Below the pieces are notes generated by a model. It was not told the DNA's origin. It did no database searches and saw nothing but the letters and a program-made list of their open reading frames with translations. Below are positions 1 through 11,004 of a DNA stretch of 59,701 nt, piece by piece (position 1 is the stretch's first letter; every line of letters starts with the position of its first letter). The stretch covers positions 1 to 59,701 of the forward strand of contig PHCO01000001.1 in NCBI GenBank assembly GCA_002842265.1, read 5' to 3'. Both the position numbers and the translations under genes were made by a program. This DNA comes from Betaproteobacteria bacterium HGW-Betaproteobacteria-18 (GTDB lineage: Bacteria > Pseudomonadota > Gammaproteobacteria > Burkholderiales > Burkholderiaceae_C).

Positions 1-66
1 TCATGGGGGCTTCACTGCCCAGTTTTAGCCACGATGCATGTGGCAGTTTTTGTGAAGGATGAAGTC

Positions 67-660
67 ATCGCTACCGAATTTCGTGATCGCCGTCACCGCG
101 AAGAACGCAAACACCGATTGAATCGGGAAATCATGGTGCCAGAGGTTCGCCTCTCTGGTGTGGAAAACGAACCCCTGGGTGTTGTCAATATCAATGACGC
201 ACTGCGCATGGCGGGTGAGTTGGACGTGGACCTGGTTGAGATTGCCGCAACTGCCAATCCGCCCGTGTGTCGTTTGATGGATTACGGCAAGTTCAAGTAC
301 CAGGAACAAAAGAAAGCTGCCGAAGCCAAAGCCAAGCAGACCGTGATCGAAATCAAGGAGATCAAGTTCCGGCCCGGTACCGATGAAGGTGACTACAACA
401 TCAAGATGCGCAATATCCGGCGCTTTCTGGCTGAAGGCGACAAGTGCAAGATTACCTTGCGTTTTCGCGGTCGGGAAATCACCCACCAGGAACTTGGCAT
501 GGCCTTGTTGAACCGCATTCGTGATGAGTTGGGCGATTTGATTTTGGTCGAGCAGTTTCCCAAGCTCGAAGGCCGCCAGATGATCATGATGATCGCGCCC
601 GGACGCAAGAAGACCGCAGTGGCCAAGGCGGCGGTGACAGAAGTCGCTGCCAGCGCGTAA
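67..660 (+). CDS. infC: Translation initiation factor IF-3 (likely non-canonical ATC start at 67; ORF track extends to 34)
   Basis: Typical IF-3 motifs ([45 protein letters not shown]). AAGGA SD at 55-59 precedes an in-frame ATC. Lies upstream of rpmI-rplT. Confidence 0.96.
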   Translation: MATEFRDRRHREERKHRLNREIMVPEVRLSGVENEPLGVVNINDALRMAGELDVDLVEIAATANPPVCRLMDYGKFKYQEQKKAAEAKAKQTVIEIKEIKFRPGTDEGDYNIKMRNIRRFLAEGDKCKITLRFRGREITHQELGMALLNRIRDELGDLILVEQFPKLEGRQMIMMIAPGRKKTAVAKAAVTEVAASA

Positions 661-669
661 AAAAATTGG

Positions 670-694
670 GGCAAACACCCGCAAGGTGTTTGCC
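670..694 (+). other. Stem-loop after infC stop
   Basis: GGCAAACACC-CGCAA-GGTGTTTGCC perfect 10-bp inverted repeat, with no clear U-tract. Confidence 0.55.
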
Positions 695-859
695 AGGAAA
701 TAGGTGACAAATTCAGGTTTGTTACTTAAAAGTGGTGGGTTTTGGCTCACCACTAAAAGTAGTGGGTTCACGCCCGCTAGTTAAAAGTGGCTCGGGGCCA
801 TCAAGGCTGCAAATTGATTGCAGACGCCTCACGAGCACAATTTAAAAAGGAGCATGCAA

Positions 860-1063
860 ATGCCCAAAATGAAGACCAAGAGCGCGGCGAAGAAACGCTT
901 CCGCGTCCGTCCAGGTGGTACCGTTAAACGCGGTCAAGCCTTCAAACGTCACATCCTGACCAAGAAGACCACTAAAAATAAACGCCAATTGCGTGGTGCA
1001 ACTGCTGTTCATGAGACCGATATGGGTCGCATGGCACAGATGCTTCCAGGCCGTGGTATTTAA
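860..1063 (+). CDS. rpmI: 50S ribosomal protein L35
   Basis: [14 protein letters not shown]...HILTKK; AAGGAG SD upstream. Confidence 0.98.
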   Translation: MPKMKTKSAAKKRFRVRPGGTVKRGQAFKRHILTKKTTKNKRQLRGATAVHETDMGRMAQMLPGRGI

Positions 1064-1088
1064 TTAACGACGAACAAGGAGTACTCAC

Positions 1089-1448
1089 ATGCCTCGCGTC
1101 AAACGTGGTGTAACGGCTCGCGCCCGCCACAAAAAAGTTCTAGCCCTTGCAAAAGGTTTTCGTGGTCGTCGTGGTAATGTTTTCCGCATCGCTAAAGAAG
1201 CGGTGATGAAGGCTGGGCAATATGCCTACCGCGACCGCCGTACCAAAAAACGTGTCTTCCGTCAGTTGTGGATTGCCCGTATCAATGCCGCTGCCCGTCA
1301 GTGTGGCATGACTTACAGCCAATTTGCCAACGGTCTGAAGAAAGCCAATATCGAGATCGACCGCAAGGTTTTGAGCGATATTGCGATCCATGACATGGCC
1401 GCATTTGCTGGTATTGTGGAACAAGTCAAGGCCAAACTGGCTGCTTGA
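1089..1448 (+). CDS. rplT: 50S ribosomal protein L20
   Basis: [16 protein letters not shown]...QYAYRDRR...[11 protein letters not shown]. Confidence 0.99.
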   Translation: MPRVKRGVTARARHKKVLALAKGFRGRRGNVFRIAKEAVMKAGQYAYRDRRTKKRVFRQLWIARINAAARQCGMTYSQFANGLKKANIEIDRKVLSDIAIHDMAAFAGIVEQVKAKLAA

Positions 1449-1495
1449 GTTGCTATGGTTGCTATTTGATTTATAGCTCCTTGCAAAAAACAGAT

Positions 1496-1530
1496 AAGGG
1501 CTAGAGCTTGAAAAGGCACTAGCCCTTTTT
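1496..1530 (+). terminator. Intrinsic terminator after rplT
   Basis: AAGGGCTAG...CTAGCCCTT stem followed by a T-run. Confidence 0.7.
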
Positions 1531-1557
1531 CCTTGGATCAGAGCTTTTAGAGTTTTT

Positions 1558-2634
1558 ATGAACGACTTGACCACCGTTGTTGACAGTGCCCGTGCCGCTT
1601 TCGAGCTGGCCCATACGCCTGCTGAGCTTGAAAACAGCAAAGCCCTGTTTTTGGGTAAATCAGGGCGCATCACCGAGATGATGAAGGGTTTGGCGTCCTT
1701 GCCAATCGATGAAAAAAAGTTGCAAGGTGCAGCCATCAACCAAGCCAAACAAGGCATCGAAGCCGCACTGAACGCCCGTCGCCAGGTGCTGGCGGATTGC
1801 GAGTTGCAAGCACAACTTCAAGCCGAAGCACTGGATGTGACATTGCCAGGTCGTCAACGGGGCACAGGCGGTTTGCACCCGGTGTCTCTCACGCTGGAGC
1901 GCATTGAAGCCATTTTTGGCTCGATGGGGTTCGAGGTGGCGCAGGGTCCCGAGATCGAGTCAGACTGGTTCAACTTCACTGCGCTCAACACGCCAGAAGA
2001 TCATCCGGCGCGCTCGATGCACGACACTTTTTATGTTGAAGGCGGCAGCGAACACGCCCCCAACTTGTTGCGCACCCATACCAGTCCGATGCAGATCCGG
2101 CACGCTGTGCAGCACGTCAAGAAATATCGCGCAGCGCTGGAGAGTGCCGCACCAGCGGGCACGCTATTCAGCGGTGCCATGCCAGAAATTCGCGTGATTG
2201 CCCCCGGTCGCACTTACCGAGTGGACAGTGATGCCACCCATTCACCCATGTTCCACCAGTGCGAAGGCCTGTGGGTGGGTGAGGCCATCAGCTTCAAGGA
2301 TTTGAAGTACGTATTCACCGATTTTTGCCGCACCTTTTTTGAAAACGCTGATCTGGTACTGCGTTTTCGCCCCAGCTTTTTCCCGTTTACCGAACCCAGC
2401 GCCGAGATCGACATTCAGTTCCCCAGCGGTCCCTTGGCCGGGCGTTGGCTCGAAGTTGCAGGGTCTGGCCAGGTTCACCCCAATGTGATCCGCAACATGG
2501 GGCTCGACCCTGAGCGTTATATCGGTTTTGCCTTTGGCATGGGGCCTGACCGGCTGACCATGTTGCGTTACGGCGTGAACGATTTGCGCCTGTTTTTTGA
2601 CGGTGACATCCGTTTCTTGTCGCAGTTTCGCTAG
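1558..2634 (+). CDS. pheS: Phenylalanine--tRNA ligase alpha subunit
   Basis: [45 protein letters not shown] motifs. Confidence 0.99.
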   Translation: MNDLTTVVDSARAAFELAHTPAELENSKALFLGKSGRITEMMKGLASLPIDEKKLQGAAINQAKQGIEAALNARRQVLADCELQAQLQAEALDVTLPGRQRGTGGLHPVSLTLERIEAIFGSMGFEVAQGPEIESDWFNFTALNTPEDHPARSMHDTFYVEGGSEHAPNLLRTHTSPMQIRHAVQHVKKYRAALESAAPAGTLFSGAMPEIRVIAPGRTYRVDSDATHSPMFHQCEGLWVGEAISFKDLKYVFTDFCRTFFENADLVLRFRPSFFPFTEPSAEIDIQFPSGPLAGRWLEVAGSGQVHPNVIRNMGLDPERYIGFAFGMGPDRLTMLRYGVNDLRLFFDGDIRFLSQFR

Positions 2635-2693
2635 ACCGTCAAAGTTGCCCAACGCCGCAGTTTTGTCCCCTTGTTCGTACTGATTGATTGACC

Positions 2694-5129
2694 ATGCAAT
2701 TTCCTGAATCCTGGTTGCGCGAGTTTTGCAACCCCCCTTTGAGCACCACAGAGCTTGCCGAAACCCTGACCATGGCTGGTTTGGAGGTTGAAGAGCTCAA
2801 GCCTGTGGCTCCACCGTTCAGTCACATCGTGGTCGGTGAAATCAAGGAGGCACTGCAACACCCCAACGCGGATCGTTTGCGCGTGTGTCAGGTCGATGTG
2901 GGTCAAGCTGAGTTGTTGACCATTGTTTGTGGCGCACCCAATGCCCGCGTGGGCATCAAGGTGCCTTGCGCTATGGTGGGGGCAGAGTTGCCGCCAGGTG
3001 ATGACGGCAAGCCGTTCCTGATCAAGGTGGGCAAACTGCGTGGTGTGGAAAGTTTTGGCATGTTGTGCTCGGCCAACGAGCTCAAGCTCTCGCAAGACCA
3101 TGGTGGCCTGCTGGAATTGGCCGCCAGCGCCACCGTGGGGCAGAGCATTCGCCAACACCTGAATCTGGATGACACGCTTTTTACCCTCAAGCTCACGCCC
3201 AACCTGGCGCATTGTCTGAGCGTCTATGGCGTGGCGCGTGAAGTGTCTGCCTTGACCGGCGCGCCGCTGAAGTCGCCCGCTGACCCGACAACGCCTTGCG
3301 GCGTGCAAGAAGTCTTGCCCGTCAAAGTCAGTGCGCCCGATTTGTGCGGGCGTTTCAGTGGCCGTGTGATTCGCGGGGTCAATCCCAAAGCGCCCACACC
3401 TGGCTGGATGGTCGACAAGTTGGCGCGTTGCGGTCAACGCAGCGTGACGGCCTTGGTGGACATTTCCAACTACGTGATGTTCGAGTTCGGGCGTCCGTCG
3501 CACATTTTTGACCTCGACAAAATTCACGGTGGCCTGGATGTGCGCTGGGGCCATCCGGGTGAACGGCTCAAGCTGCTTAACGGCAACACCGTCACCGTGG
3601 ATGCCCAAGTGGGCGTGATTGCAGATGCGATGCAAGTTGAATCTTTGGCAGGCATCATGGGCGGTGATGCCACCGCCGTGTCCGATGACACCCGCAATGT
3701 GTATGTGGAAGCCGCGTTCTGGTGGCCCAAAGCCATTGCCGGTCGCTCACGCCGCTTCAACTTTTCTACCGATGCCGGGCACCGCTTTGAGCGTGGTGTT
3801 GACCCTGAATTGACGGTGGAACACATTGAGCGCATCACACAATTGATCATTGACATCTGCGGCACCACTGACACCGTGTGTGGCCCGATTGACGACCAGC
3901 GGGTTGCCATGCCAACACCTTGCAAAGTTTCCTTGCGTGTGGCGCGTGCGGCCAAGGTTCTGGGCATGCCGCTGACCCAGGCGCAGTGCGCCAAAGCGCT
4001 AACCGGTCTGGGTTTGCCTGTGACCGAGGGCGACGGCGTGATTGAGGTGACGGCCCCGTCCTACCGGTTTGATTTGCAGATTGAGGAAGACCTGATCGAA
4101 GAAGTCGCCCGCATGATCGGCTTTCATAACTTGCCTCAAACGCCACCGCAAGCGCCAATCACCGCCAAGATTCGTGCTGAGAATCAACGTAGCGGGTTCA
4201 CGGTGCGCCGTTTGCTGGCAGCCTTGGGCTACCAGGAAACCATTAACTTCAGTTTTGTTGAAGAGCGTTGGGAGCATGAGTTGGCGGGCAATCCCAACCC
4301 GGTCAAGCTGCTCAACCCGATTGCAAGCCAAATGAGTGTCATGCGCTCGTCGTTGCTGGGCTCATTGCTACAAGTCTTGAAGTTCAACCAGGACCGCAAG
4401 GCGCCGCGGGTGCGTATTTTTGAGTTGGGCCGTGTATTCTTGCGTGACGCGTCCGTGGTCAGTTCTGACACCACTGTGCAAGGATTCGATCAACCCATGC
4501 GCGTAGCCGGTGTGGCCATGGGCCCGGTGGATGCGCCTGAATGGGGTTGCAAAGAGCGCGCGGTCGATTTTTATGATGTCAAAGGTGACCTGGAAGCCTT
4601 GTTCGCGCCTACCCGTCTGACATTTGAACCTGCCGCGCATCCGGCCATGCACCCCGGGCGTTGCGCCCGCGTGCTGTGTGGCGGTGAAGCCGTGGGCTTT
4701 GTGGGTGAGTTGCACCCCAAATGGCGCCAGTCGTATGACCTGGTGCAAGCACCGGTGATGTTTGAAGTTGATCTGGATGCCGTGCTGGGCCGCCAGGTGC
4801 CGCGCTTTGAGTCAGTGCCCAGGTTCCAGGCAGTTGAGCGTGACATCGCGGTGTTGGTGCATGAGTCTGTCACCCATGATGACTTGATGCAGGCTATTTG
4901 GGCTGCACCGTGCTGCGGCATTTTGCGTGATGCCGTGCTGTTTGACATTTACCGGCCCAAAACGCTGGCAGCTGCGGCGGAACAAAGCCGGCCGTCCGAG
5001 AAAAGCATGGCCATCCGTTTGACGCTCAACGCGCAAGATGCTACGCTGTCCGAACAACAAATTGAAGTTGCAGTGGCTGCCGTGCTTGCCACGCTAAGCG
5101 AAAAATCAGGTGCACGTCAGCGTGTTTGA
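2694..5129 (+). CDS. pheT: Phenylalanine--tRNA ligase beta subunit
   Basis: [49 protein letters not shown] and a C-terminal FDX-ACB domain. Confidence 0.99.
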   Translation: MQFPESWLREFCNPPLSTTELAETLTMAGLEVEELKPVAPPFSHIVVGEIKEALQHPNADRLRVCQVDVGQAELLTIVCGAPNARVGIKVPCAMVGAELPPGDDGKPFLIKVGKLRGVESFGMLCSANELKLSQDHGGLLELAASATVGQSIRQHLNLDDTLFTLKLTPNLAHCLSVYGVAREVSALTGAPLKSPADPTTPCGVQEVLPVKVSAPDLCGRFSGRVIRGVNPKAPTPGWMVDKLARCGQRSVTALVDISNYVMFEFGRPSHIFDLDKIHGGLDVRWGHPGERLKLLNGNTVTVDAQVGVIADAMQVESLAGIMGGDATAVSDDTRNVYVEAAFWWPKAIAGRSRRFNFSTDAGHRFERGVDPELTVEHIERITQLIIDICGTTDTVCGPIDDQRVAMPTPCKVSLRVARAAKVLGMPLTQAQCAKALTGLGLPVTEGDGVIEVTAPSYRFDLQIEEDLIEEVARMIGFHNLPQTPPQAPITAKIRAENQRSGFTVRRLLAALGYQETINFSFVEERWEHELAGNPNPVKLLNPIASQMSVMRSSLLGSLLQVLKFNQDRKAPRVRIFELGRVFLRDASVVSSDTTVQGFDQPMRVAGVAMGPVDAPEWGCKERAVDFYDVKGDLEALFAPTRLTFEPAAHPAMHPGRCARVLCGGEAVGFVGELHPKWRQSYDLVQAPVMFEVDLDAVLGRQVPRFESVPRFQAVERDIAVLVHESVTHDDLMQAIWAAPCCGILRDAVLFDIYRPKTLAAAAEQSRPSEKSMAIRLTLNAQDATLSEQQIEVAVAAVLATLSEKSGARQRV

Positions 5130-5166
5130 ACCTGTTATCACCCCTCAGTCACAGAGTGAGTCATCG

Positions 5167-5505
5167 ATGGACATTACGGTTGAATCATTGGAAACCCCGG
5201 CCTTGACCAAGGCGCAACTCTCTGAATTGCTGTTTGAGCAGATCGGTTTGAACAAGCGCGAGTCCAAAGACATGGTCGATGCTTTTTTTGACCTGGTTTC
5301 ACGCAGTCTGGTCGATGGGGATGATGTCAAAATTACCGGTTTTGGCAACTTTCAGATACGCACCAAGTCACCGCGCCCCGGACGCAATCCCAGGACAGGT
5401 GAAGCCATTCCCATCGCCGCGCGCCGGGTGGTCACTTTTCACGCCAGCCAGAAGCTCAAGGAACAAATTCAGAACGGGTCTGTGTCGGGTTCCCTTGAAG
5501 TTTGA
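5167..5505 (+). CDS. ihfA: Integration host factor subunit alpha
   Basis: LTKAQL..., [30 protein letters not shown]; canonical position after pheT. Confidence 0.97.
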   Translation: MDITVESLETPALTKAQLSELLFEQIGLNKRESKDMVDAFFDLVSRSLVDGDDVKITGFGNFQIRTKSPRPGRNPRTGEAIPIAARRVVTFHASQKLKEQIQNGSVSGSLEV

Positions 5506-5597
5506 CGACCTGTCAGCAACATGAGGGTAAGCTGGCTTTACAGTGGGGTTGTACTTAGAGTACGCTTGCACATTTTCAGCTTATATTGTTGATTCAA

Positions 5598-6047
5598 ATG
5601 GAGAATTCGCTCCCCCAAATTCCAGCCAAACGCTACTTCACCATTGGTGAAGTCGGTGAACTGTGTGGCGTCAAGCCACATGTGTTGCGCTATTGGGAGC
5701 AGGAATTTACGCAACTCAAGCCCATGAAGCGGCGTGGCAATCGCCGTTATTACCAGCACCACGAAGTGTTGATGATCCGGCGCATTCGTGATTTGCTTTA
5801 CGACCAGGGCTTTACCATCAGTGGTGCACGCAACAAAATGCATGAATTGTTGCAGGCAGAGCCCAACACACTTCACCATGACGCGGTCTTGTTGGATCCG
5901 TTAGCCGACATACCTGAAAGTGATGTTTTGCAGAACCCCTGCCATGATGCTGTGTCGTTGGGAGCTGACCCTGCGGTGCTTGATTCCTGGCTGCAGGTAC
6001 GGCAAGAGCTCCGCGAAATCCGGGGTCTTCTGGCGCAGGATTTCTAA
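5598..6047 (+). CDS. MerR family transcriptional regulator
   Basis: KRYFTIGEVGELCGVKPHVLRYWE MerR HTH; conserved position after ihfA. Confidence 0.93.
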   Translation: MENSLPQIPAKRYFTIGEVGELCGVKPHVLRYWEQEFTQLKPMKRRGNRRYYQHHEVLMIRRIRDLLYDQGFTISGARNKMHELLQAEPNTLHHDAVLLDPLADIPESDVLQNPCHDAVSLGADPAVLDSWLQVRQELREIRGLLAQDF

Positions 6048-6095
6048 CGCACCGACCCCGAAACCAACGCTGTCCATGGTTATAATTCAACGCTT

Positions 6096-6172
6096 CGGTG
6101 TGTGGCGCAGCCTGGTAGCGCACTTGCATGGGGTGCAAGGGGTCGAAGGTTCGAATCCTTTCACACCGACCA
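6096..6172 (+). tRNA. tRNA-Pro(GGG)
   Basis: Cloverleaf CGGTGTG...CACACCG-ACCA, anticodon arm CTTGC-ATGGGGT-GCAAG, T-loop GGTTCGAATCC; TATAAT -10 at 6081-6086. Confidence 0.97.
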
Positions 6173-6178
6173 CAATTT

Positions 6179-6216
6179 AAAAGGTTGAAAAGCAGTTTGC
6201 TTTTCAACCTTTTTTA
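6179..6216 (+). terminator. Intrinsic terminator after tRNA-Pro
   Basis: AAGGTTGAAAAGC-AGTTT-GCTTTTCAACCTT hairpin followed by a T-run. Confidence 0.85.
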
Positions 6217-6269
6217 CTTTCCGGGATGTCCCTTGCTGTCACGTTCAATTTGCTATTGCAGGTGCTTGT

Positions 6270-8429
6270 TTGAGTGATCCTGATCTGGCCGCGGTGGCCA
6301 TGGCGGCATTTGACCGGGTGGTGGCTGCCACCCCCGGGTTTCGAGCACGTGCCGGGCAGCGCGACATGGCGCTGCGCATTGCCACCGCCTTGCACGATGT
6401 GACCTTGGGCGACCAGCCCGACCCGCAGAGCGCGGTTACCGTGATTCAGGCGGGTACCGGTGTCGGCAAGTCGGCAGCCTATTTGTCCACCACCGTGGCA
6501 CTGGCGCTGGCGCGCAAAACGCGGGTGGTGGTGTCAACCGCCACCGTGGCGCTGCAAGAGCAGCTGATGACCAAAGACCTGCCGGCGCTGGTGGCCGTGA
6601 TCGACACGCCTTTTGTCTATGCCTTGGCCAAAGGCCGTGGGCGCTATGTCTGCAAGCTCAAGCTGGAGCGCCTGGCCGGTCACGCCGGGGAAGAGGGCGC
6701 AGAACTGTTTGAAGGTGATGACGATGAAAGTGCCACACCACAAGCCAGCGTGATCCAGCCCGCCAGAGGCAAGGCCTGGCAAGACCCGCTGGAGCGACGC
6801 GTGGCTTTGTACGACTCGCTCGCTTCTGCCCTGGCCGCAGGCCAGTGGGACGGTGACCGCGACAGTCTGGCCGAGCAGCCGGAGGCGCGTGACTGGGCCA
6901 CGGTGGCCGCCGAGCGCCACACTTGCACCGCCCGCCACTGCCCGCGTTTCTCTAGCTGCAGCTACTACCAGGCCCGCATGCAGCTGGCGCAGGCGCAAGT
7001 GATTGTGGCCAACCACGACCTGGTGCTGGCCTCGCTGGGCATGAAGGCGCTGCCCGAGCTGGACAACTGCCTGGTGGTGTTTGACGAAGGGCACCACCTG
7101 CCGGCGGTGGCGCTGGACCAGTTTTCCAGCGCCATGGACCTGAGCGGCCTGCGCTGGCTCGACAAGTTGCCAAAAATTTTGATCGACGTGGCCGACAACA
7201 TGGGCTTGGTGCTGGCACAGGACATCACCACGCTGGCGCAGCAGCTCAAGACGGCGCTGCTGGAGGCCAGCCGTCTGGCGATGGAACTGGTGCGCGGCGT
7301 GTCAGCCGGCTATGACACGGTTTACCGCTTCAAGGACGGCATCGTGCCCGAGGTCATGCTGGAACCCTTCAAGCTCATCCATGGCCATGCCGTGGCCTTG
7401 TCCGATGCGCTGGAAGCCTTGGGCGCCGAGCTTAAATCACGTGCCAAGGAAGACCCGTCTCAAGCCGCGCACTGCTCGGTGCAATACGCCAGGCTCGGCC
7501 AGATGGCGCCCAAGCTCAACAGCGTGGTGGCCACCAGCGCGCAGTGGCTGTGCGCCGACGAGCCGCCGCTGGCCAAATGGCTCAAGTCAGACACCGGCTC
7601 CGGCCTGGTAGCCATCAGCGCGCACGCCTGCCCGATCGTTCCCGGCGACCTGTTGCGCCGACACCTGTGGCAGCAGGTGCGCGGCGCCGTGGTCACGTCC
7701 GCGTCGCTCACCACCTGCGGCAGTTTTGACTTTTTTCTGGGCGAAACCGGTCTCGCCGGTTTGCCGCAGGTGAGCACGCTGGCGGTCGAGAGCCCGTTTG
7801 ACTACCGCACGCAAGGCCAGTTGATCGTGGCTGACACCACCGCTGATCCGCGCCAGGTGGACCTCTACACCACCCAGATGGTGGCGGCCTTGCTGGCCGA
7901 TTTGCGCGAGGTGCCGCATGGGGCGCTGGTGCTGTTTACCTCGCGCGTGCAAATGCAGGCGGCCGTGAGCGCGCTGGATGCACCCTTGCTGGAATTGGTG
8001 CTGGTGCAGGGACAAATGGCGCGCAGCCGCTTGCTGGGCATCCATCAGGCGCGGGTGGAGTCAGGATTTGCCTCGGTGATTTTTGGCCTGCAGTCGTTTG
8101 GCGAAGGGCTTGATTTGCCGGGCCTGTTGTGTGAAACGGTGTTCATCGCCAAGCTGCCATTCGGCTCGCCCTCAGACCCAGTGGACGAAGCGCGTGCCGA
8201 ATGGCTCAAACGCGCTGGGCGAGATCCGTTTTCTGAGCTGGTGGTGCCGGCCACCGGCATCAAGCTGTTGCAGTGGACCGGGCGCGCCATTCGCTCCGAG
8301 ACCGACCAGGCGCGGGTGGTTTGTTATGACAAGCGGCTGCTGAGCATGGCTTATGGCCGGCGCATGTTGCAAGGCCTGCCGCCTTATGCGGTTTCAAGGC
8401 GGCTGCCCGGGGCTGCGCTGGCGCTTTGA
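6270..8429 (+). CDS. dinG: ATP-dependent DNA helicase DinG
   Basis: Walker A AGTGVGKS, STATVALQEQL, KGRGRYVC plus the C-x4-C-x5-C Fe-S cysteines, DEGHHL, FGEGLDLPG, Q..GRAIR. Confidence 0.93.
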   Translation: MSDPDLAAVAMAAFDRVVAATPGFRARAGQRDMALRIATALHDVTLGDQPDPQSAVTVIQAGTGVGKSAAYLSTTVALALARKTRVVVSTATVALQEQLMTKDLPALVAVIDTPFVYALAKGRGRYVCKLKLERLAGHAGEEGAELFEGDDDESATPQASVIQPARGKAWQDPLERRVALYDSLASALAAGQWDGDRDSLAEQPEARDWATVAAERHTCTARHCPRFSSCSYYQARMQLAQAQVIVANHDLVLASLGMKALPELDNCLVVFDEGHHLPAVALDQFSSAMDLSGLRWLDKLPKILIDVADNMGLVLAQDITTLAQQLKTALLEASRLAMELVRGVSAGYDTVYRFKDGIVPEVMLEPFKLIHGHAVALSDALEALGAELKSRAKEDPSQAAHCSVQYARLGQMAPKLNSVVATSAQWLCADEPPLAKWLKSDTGSGLVAISAHACPIVPGDLLRRHLWQQVRGAVVTSASLTTCGSFDFFLGETGLAGLPQVSTLAVESPFDYRTQGQLIVADTTADPRQVDLYTTQMVAALLADLREVPHGALVLFTSRVQMQAAVSALDAPLLELVLVQGQMARSRLLGIHQARVESGFASVIFGLQSFGEGLDLPGLLCETVFIAKLPFGSPSDPVDEARAEWLKRAGRDPFSELVVPATGIKLLQWTGRAIRSETDQARVVCYDKRLLSMAYGRRMLQGLPPYAVSRRLPGAALAL

Positions 8430-8472
8430 TGCGATGATGACGGCCTGTGTGTTGCGTTCAAGGAATTGAAGG

Positions 8473-8787
8473 GTGAATCATTTTTTTAAAGTGTTGGCAA
8501 GCTGGGTGTTTCGTCTGAGTTTGCTGGCGGCCGCGCTGATTTTTCTGGCCGGGTTGCTGTTTGCCGCTGCGGTGCTGCTGGTGCTCTGGCTGCTGCGGGC
8601 CTTGTGGGCCAAACTGACCGGTCAACCGGTGCAGCCGTGGGTGTTCAAGATGCACCGGTCCGACCTTTGGCAAAGGGCTTACCGAGGCTCTGTGCCGGGC
8701 GCTCGCGGTCAATCGTCGGTTGATGTGATTGATGCCGAGGTCACAGAGATCACCAATGTGACCGACGTCACCAAAAAACACCCCTGA
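8473..8787 (+). CDS. Small hypothetical membrane protein
   Basis: Long hydrophobic N-terminal segment, acidic C-terminus (VIDAEV), GAAGG SD before GTG. Confidence 0.7.
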   Translation: MNHFFKVLASWVFRLSLLAAALIFLAGLLFAAAVLLVLWLLRALWAKLTGQPVQPWVFKMHRSDLWQRAYRGSVPGARGQSSVDVIDAEVTEITNVTDVTKKHP

Positions 8788-8810
8788 CAGCGGCCGCCAA
8801 GCGCTTGGAC

Positions 8811-9386
8811 TCAGTGCAGTTCAGGCGCAGTCAGCAGTGCGCTTGACACGGTGCTGGCTGCATCCGTGGGCGTGACCCGGCGCGCGCCATCAAAGCGATG
8901 GCTCCAGTATGAGCCCCCCATGCTTTCCACCCGCACCTGAGCGCCGGGTTTGGGTGAATGGATGAATTTGCCGTCACCGATGTAGATGCCCACATGGCTG
9001 AAGGCGCGGCGCAAGGTGTTAAAGAACACCAAGTCGCCGGGCTGAAGCTCGGAGCGGTCAATTTGCTGGGTGGCCGCAGCCTGCTGCTCGGCCTTGCGCG
9101 GCAGGATCAGGCCGACGGTTTGTTCGTACATGGCTTTGACAAAACCGCTGCAGTCAAAACCGGTTTCTGCGGTATTTCCGCCACGCTGGTAAGGCACACC
9201 CAAAAAGCCCAGTGCATTGACCACCAGGTCAGAGGCCTTATGGGTCACGTTTTGGCGCACCTGGTCAATTTGGGACAACAAGCCTTTATCATTCAGAAAA
9301 CGGCTCATGTCATCGGGTGCCCCGGCCGGCGTGGCGTGCACGTTGGTGGCAAGCAGCAGGGATGACAAAAGGGCTGGGATTCGCAT
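8811..9386 (-). CDS. NlpC/P60 (C40) peptidoglycan peptidase with signal peptide
   Basis: GVPY.RGG, GFDCSGFV, PGDLVFF, SHVGIYIGDGKFIH. Confidence 0.95.
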   Translation of the reverse strand: MRIPALLSSLLLATNVHATPAGAPDDMSRFLNDKGLLSQIDQVRQNVTHKASDLVVNALGFLGVPYQRGGNTAETGFDCSGFVKAMYEQTVGLILPRKAEQQAAATQQIDRSELQPGDLVFFNTLRRAFSHVGIYIGDGKFIHSPKPGAQVRVESMGGSYWSHRFDGARRVTPTDAASTVSSALLTAPELH

Positions 9387-9475
9387 CGGCGTAGTTTACA
9401 CACTTTTATCAACCTGAAACTGTTTCGAGAAATCTCATTCAACCCATTGATTCATCAACCAATTTAAGGATTTTT

Positions 9476-10456
9476 ATGTTCAAGGCATTGTTGTTGGAAA
9501 ACGCGGATGGCTTCAAAGCCAGTGTGACGCAGGTGGACGAAGCGCGCTTGCCGCAGGGCGACGTGATGGTGGAGGTGGCGTATTCCACGCTCAATTTCAA
9601 GGATGGTCTGGCCATTACCAACAAGAGCCCGGTGGTGCGCCAGTGGCCCATGGTGGCGGGCATTGACGGTGCGGGTAGCGTGCTTGAGTCCAGTCATCCC
9701 AATTGGCGAGCCGGGGATGCATTTGTGCACAACGGCTGGGGTGTGGGTGAAACGCACTGGGGTTGTCTGGCAGAAAAAGCCCGACTCAAGGGCGACTGGC
9801 TGGTCAAATTGCCCAGCGCCTTCACGCCGCGCCAGGCCATGGCGATTGGCACGGCCGGCTACACCGCCATGCTGTGCGTGCTGGCGCTGGAAGACCATGG
9901 CGTCAAGCCCGATGCGGGCGAGGTGCTGGTGACCGGTGCCACCGGTGGCGTCGGCAGCGTGGCCATCGCTTTGCTGGCCAGGCTGGGCTACACCGTGGTC
10001 GCCGCCACCGGCAAAGCCAGCGAAGCCGCTTATCTGAAGGCCTTGGGCGCCAGCAGCATCCTGGATCGGGCCACGCTGTCGGCACCTGGCAAGCCGTTTC
10101 AAAAAGAGCGCTGGGCGGGCGTGGTCGATGCGGTGGGCTCGCACACACTGGCCAATGCGCTGGCGCAAACGCGCTACGGTGGTGTGGTGGCCGCCTGCGG
10201 CCTGGCGCAAGGCATGGACTTGCCGACCACCGTGATGCCATTCATCTTGCGCAGCGTCACTTTGGCGGGGGTCGATTCGGTGATGGCGCCGCTGGCCAAA
10301 CGCCAGCGCGCCTGGGACCGGCTGGCGCGCGACCTGGACCCTGCGTTACTTGAAACCATGGTGCAAGAGGTGCCGCTGGAAGCCGCCATTGCCAGCGCGC
10401 AAGACCTGATGGACGGCAAGGTGCGGGGCAGGGTGGTGGTGAAGGTGGCGGTTTAA
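9476..10456 (+). CDS. acuI: Acrylyl-CoA reductase AcuI/YhdH (MDR family)
   Basis: [61 protein letters not shown]. Confidence 0.9.
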   Translation: MFKALLLENADGFKASVTQVDEARLPQGDVMVEVAYSTLNFKDGLAITNKSPVVRQWPMVAGIDGAGSVLESSHPNWRAGDAFVHNGWGVGETHWGCLAEKARLKGDWLVKLPSAFTPRQAMAIGTAGYTAMLCVLALEDHGVKPDAGEVLVTGATGGVGSVAIALLARLGYTVVAATGKASEAAYLKALGASSILDRATLSAPGKPFQKERWAGVVDAVGSHTLANALAQTRYGGVVAACGLAQGMDLPTTVMPFILRSVTLAGVDSVMAPLAKRQRAWDRLARDLDPALLETMVQEVPLEAAIASAQDLMDGKVRGRVVVKVAV

Positions 10457-10468
10457 GCCTGGAATTTT

Positions 10469-10514
10469 GTGGGGCAGACTTCAGTCTGCCATGGTCGAAT
10501 AAATTCGACCCTAC
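10469..10514. repeat. GTAG-type REP doublet (two inverted REP hairpins)
   Basis: GTGG-GGCAGACT-TC-AGTCTGCC then GGTCGAAT-AA-ATTCGACC-CTAC, between convergent acuI and iorA. Confidence 0.7.
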
Positions 10515-10969
10515 ATTGTTTTTTTTGCCGCCTGATGAATGGCCGCGCGCACTCTGGGGTAGGTGCCGCAGCGGCACAGGTTGCCGCTCATGGCGTTGTC
10601 GATGTCCGCGTCGGTGGGCTGGGGTTTGCTTTTGAGTAAAGCTGCTGCGCTCATGAGCTGGCCGCTCTGGCAGTAGCCGCATTGCACCACGTCCAGATCG
10701 ATCCAGGCCTGGCGCAACGCGTCGGCCTCTGGTCCCTGCAAGCCTTCGATGGTGGTGACAGCGCGATCTCCCACAGCTGCCAGCGGCATGACGCAGGCGC
10801 GCACCGGCTCGCCATCCAGATGCACGGTGCAGGCACCGCACAGCGCCATGCCACAGCCAAATTTGGTGCCGTTGTGATGCAGCTCACCGCGCAACACCCA
10901 CAGCAGCGGGGTATCGGGTTCGGCGTTCACGTCGATGGTTTTGCCGTTGAGTTTGAGAGGGATGGTCAT
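10511..10969 (-). CDS. iorA: (2Fe-2S)-binding small subunit of an isoquinoline 1-oxidoreductase/aldehyde oxidoreductase-type enzyme
   Basis: [41 protein letters not shown]. Confidence 0.92.
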   Translation of the reverse strand: MTIPLKLNGKTIDVNAEPDTPLLWVLRGELHHNGTKFGCGMALCGACTVHLDGEPVRACVMPLAAVGDRAVTTIEGLQGPEADALRQAWIDLDVVQCGYCQSGQLMSAAALLKSKPQPTDADIDNAMSGNLCRCGTYPRVRAAIHQAAKKTM

Positions 10970-11004
10970 GGTGTTGATCTTGAATAGCGGGCCCTGGCGC
11001 AGGC

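Noticed and set aside
1449-1557. pheM-type attenuator upstream of pheS
   Set aside because: No Phe-rich leader peptide is visible; the hairpin is better explained as the rplT terminator.
6096-6270. tRNA-Pro as an integration site for a prophage or island
   Set aside because: It is followed directly by its terminator and dinG. There is no integrase and no duplicated tRNA 3' end in the window.
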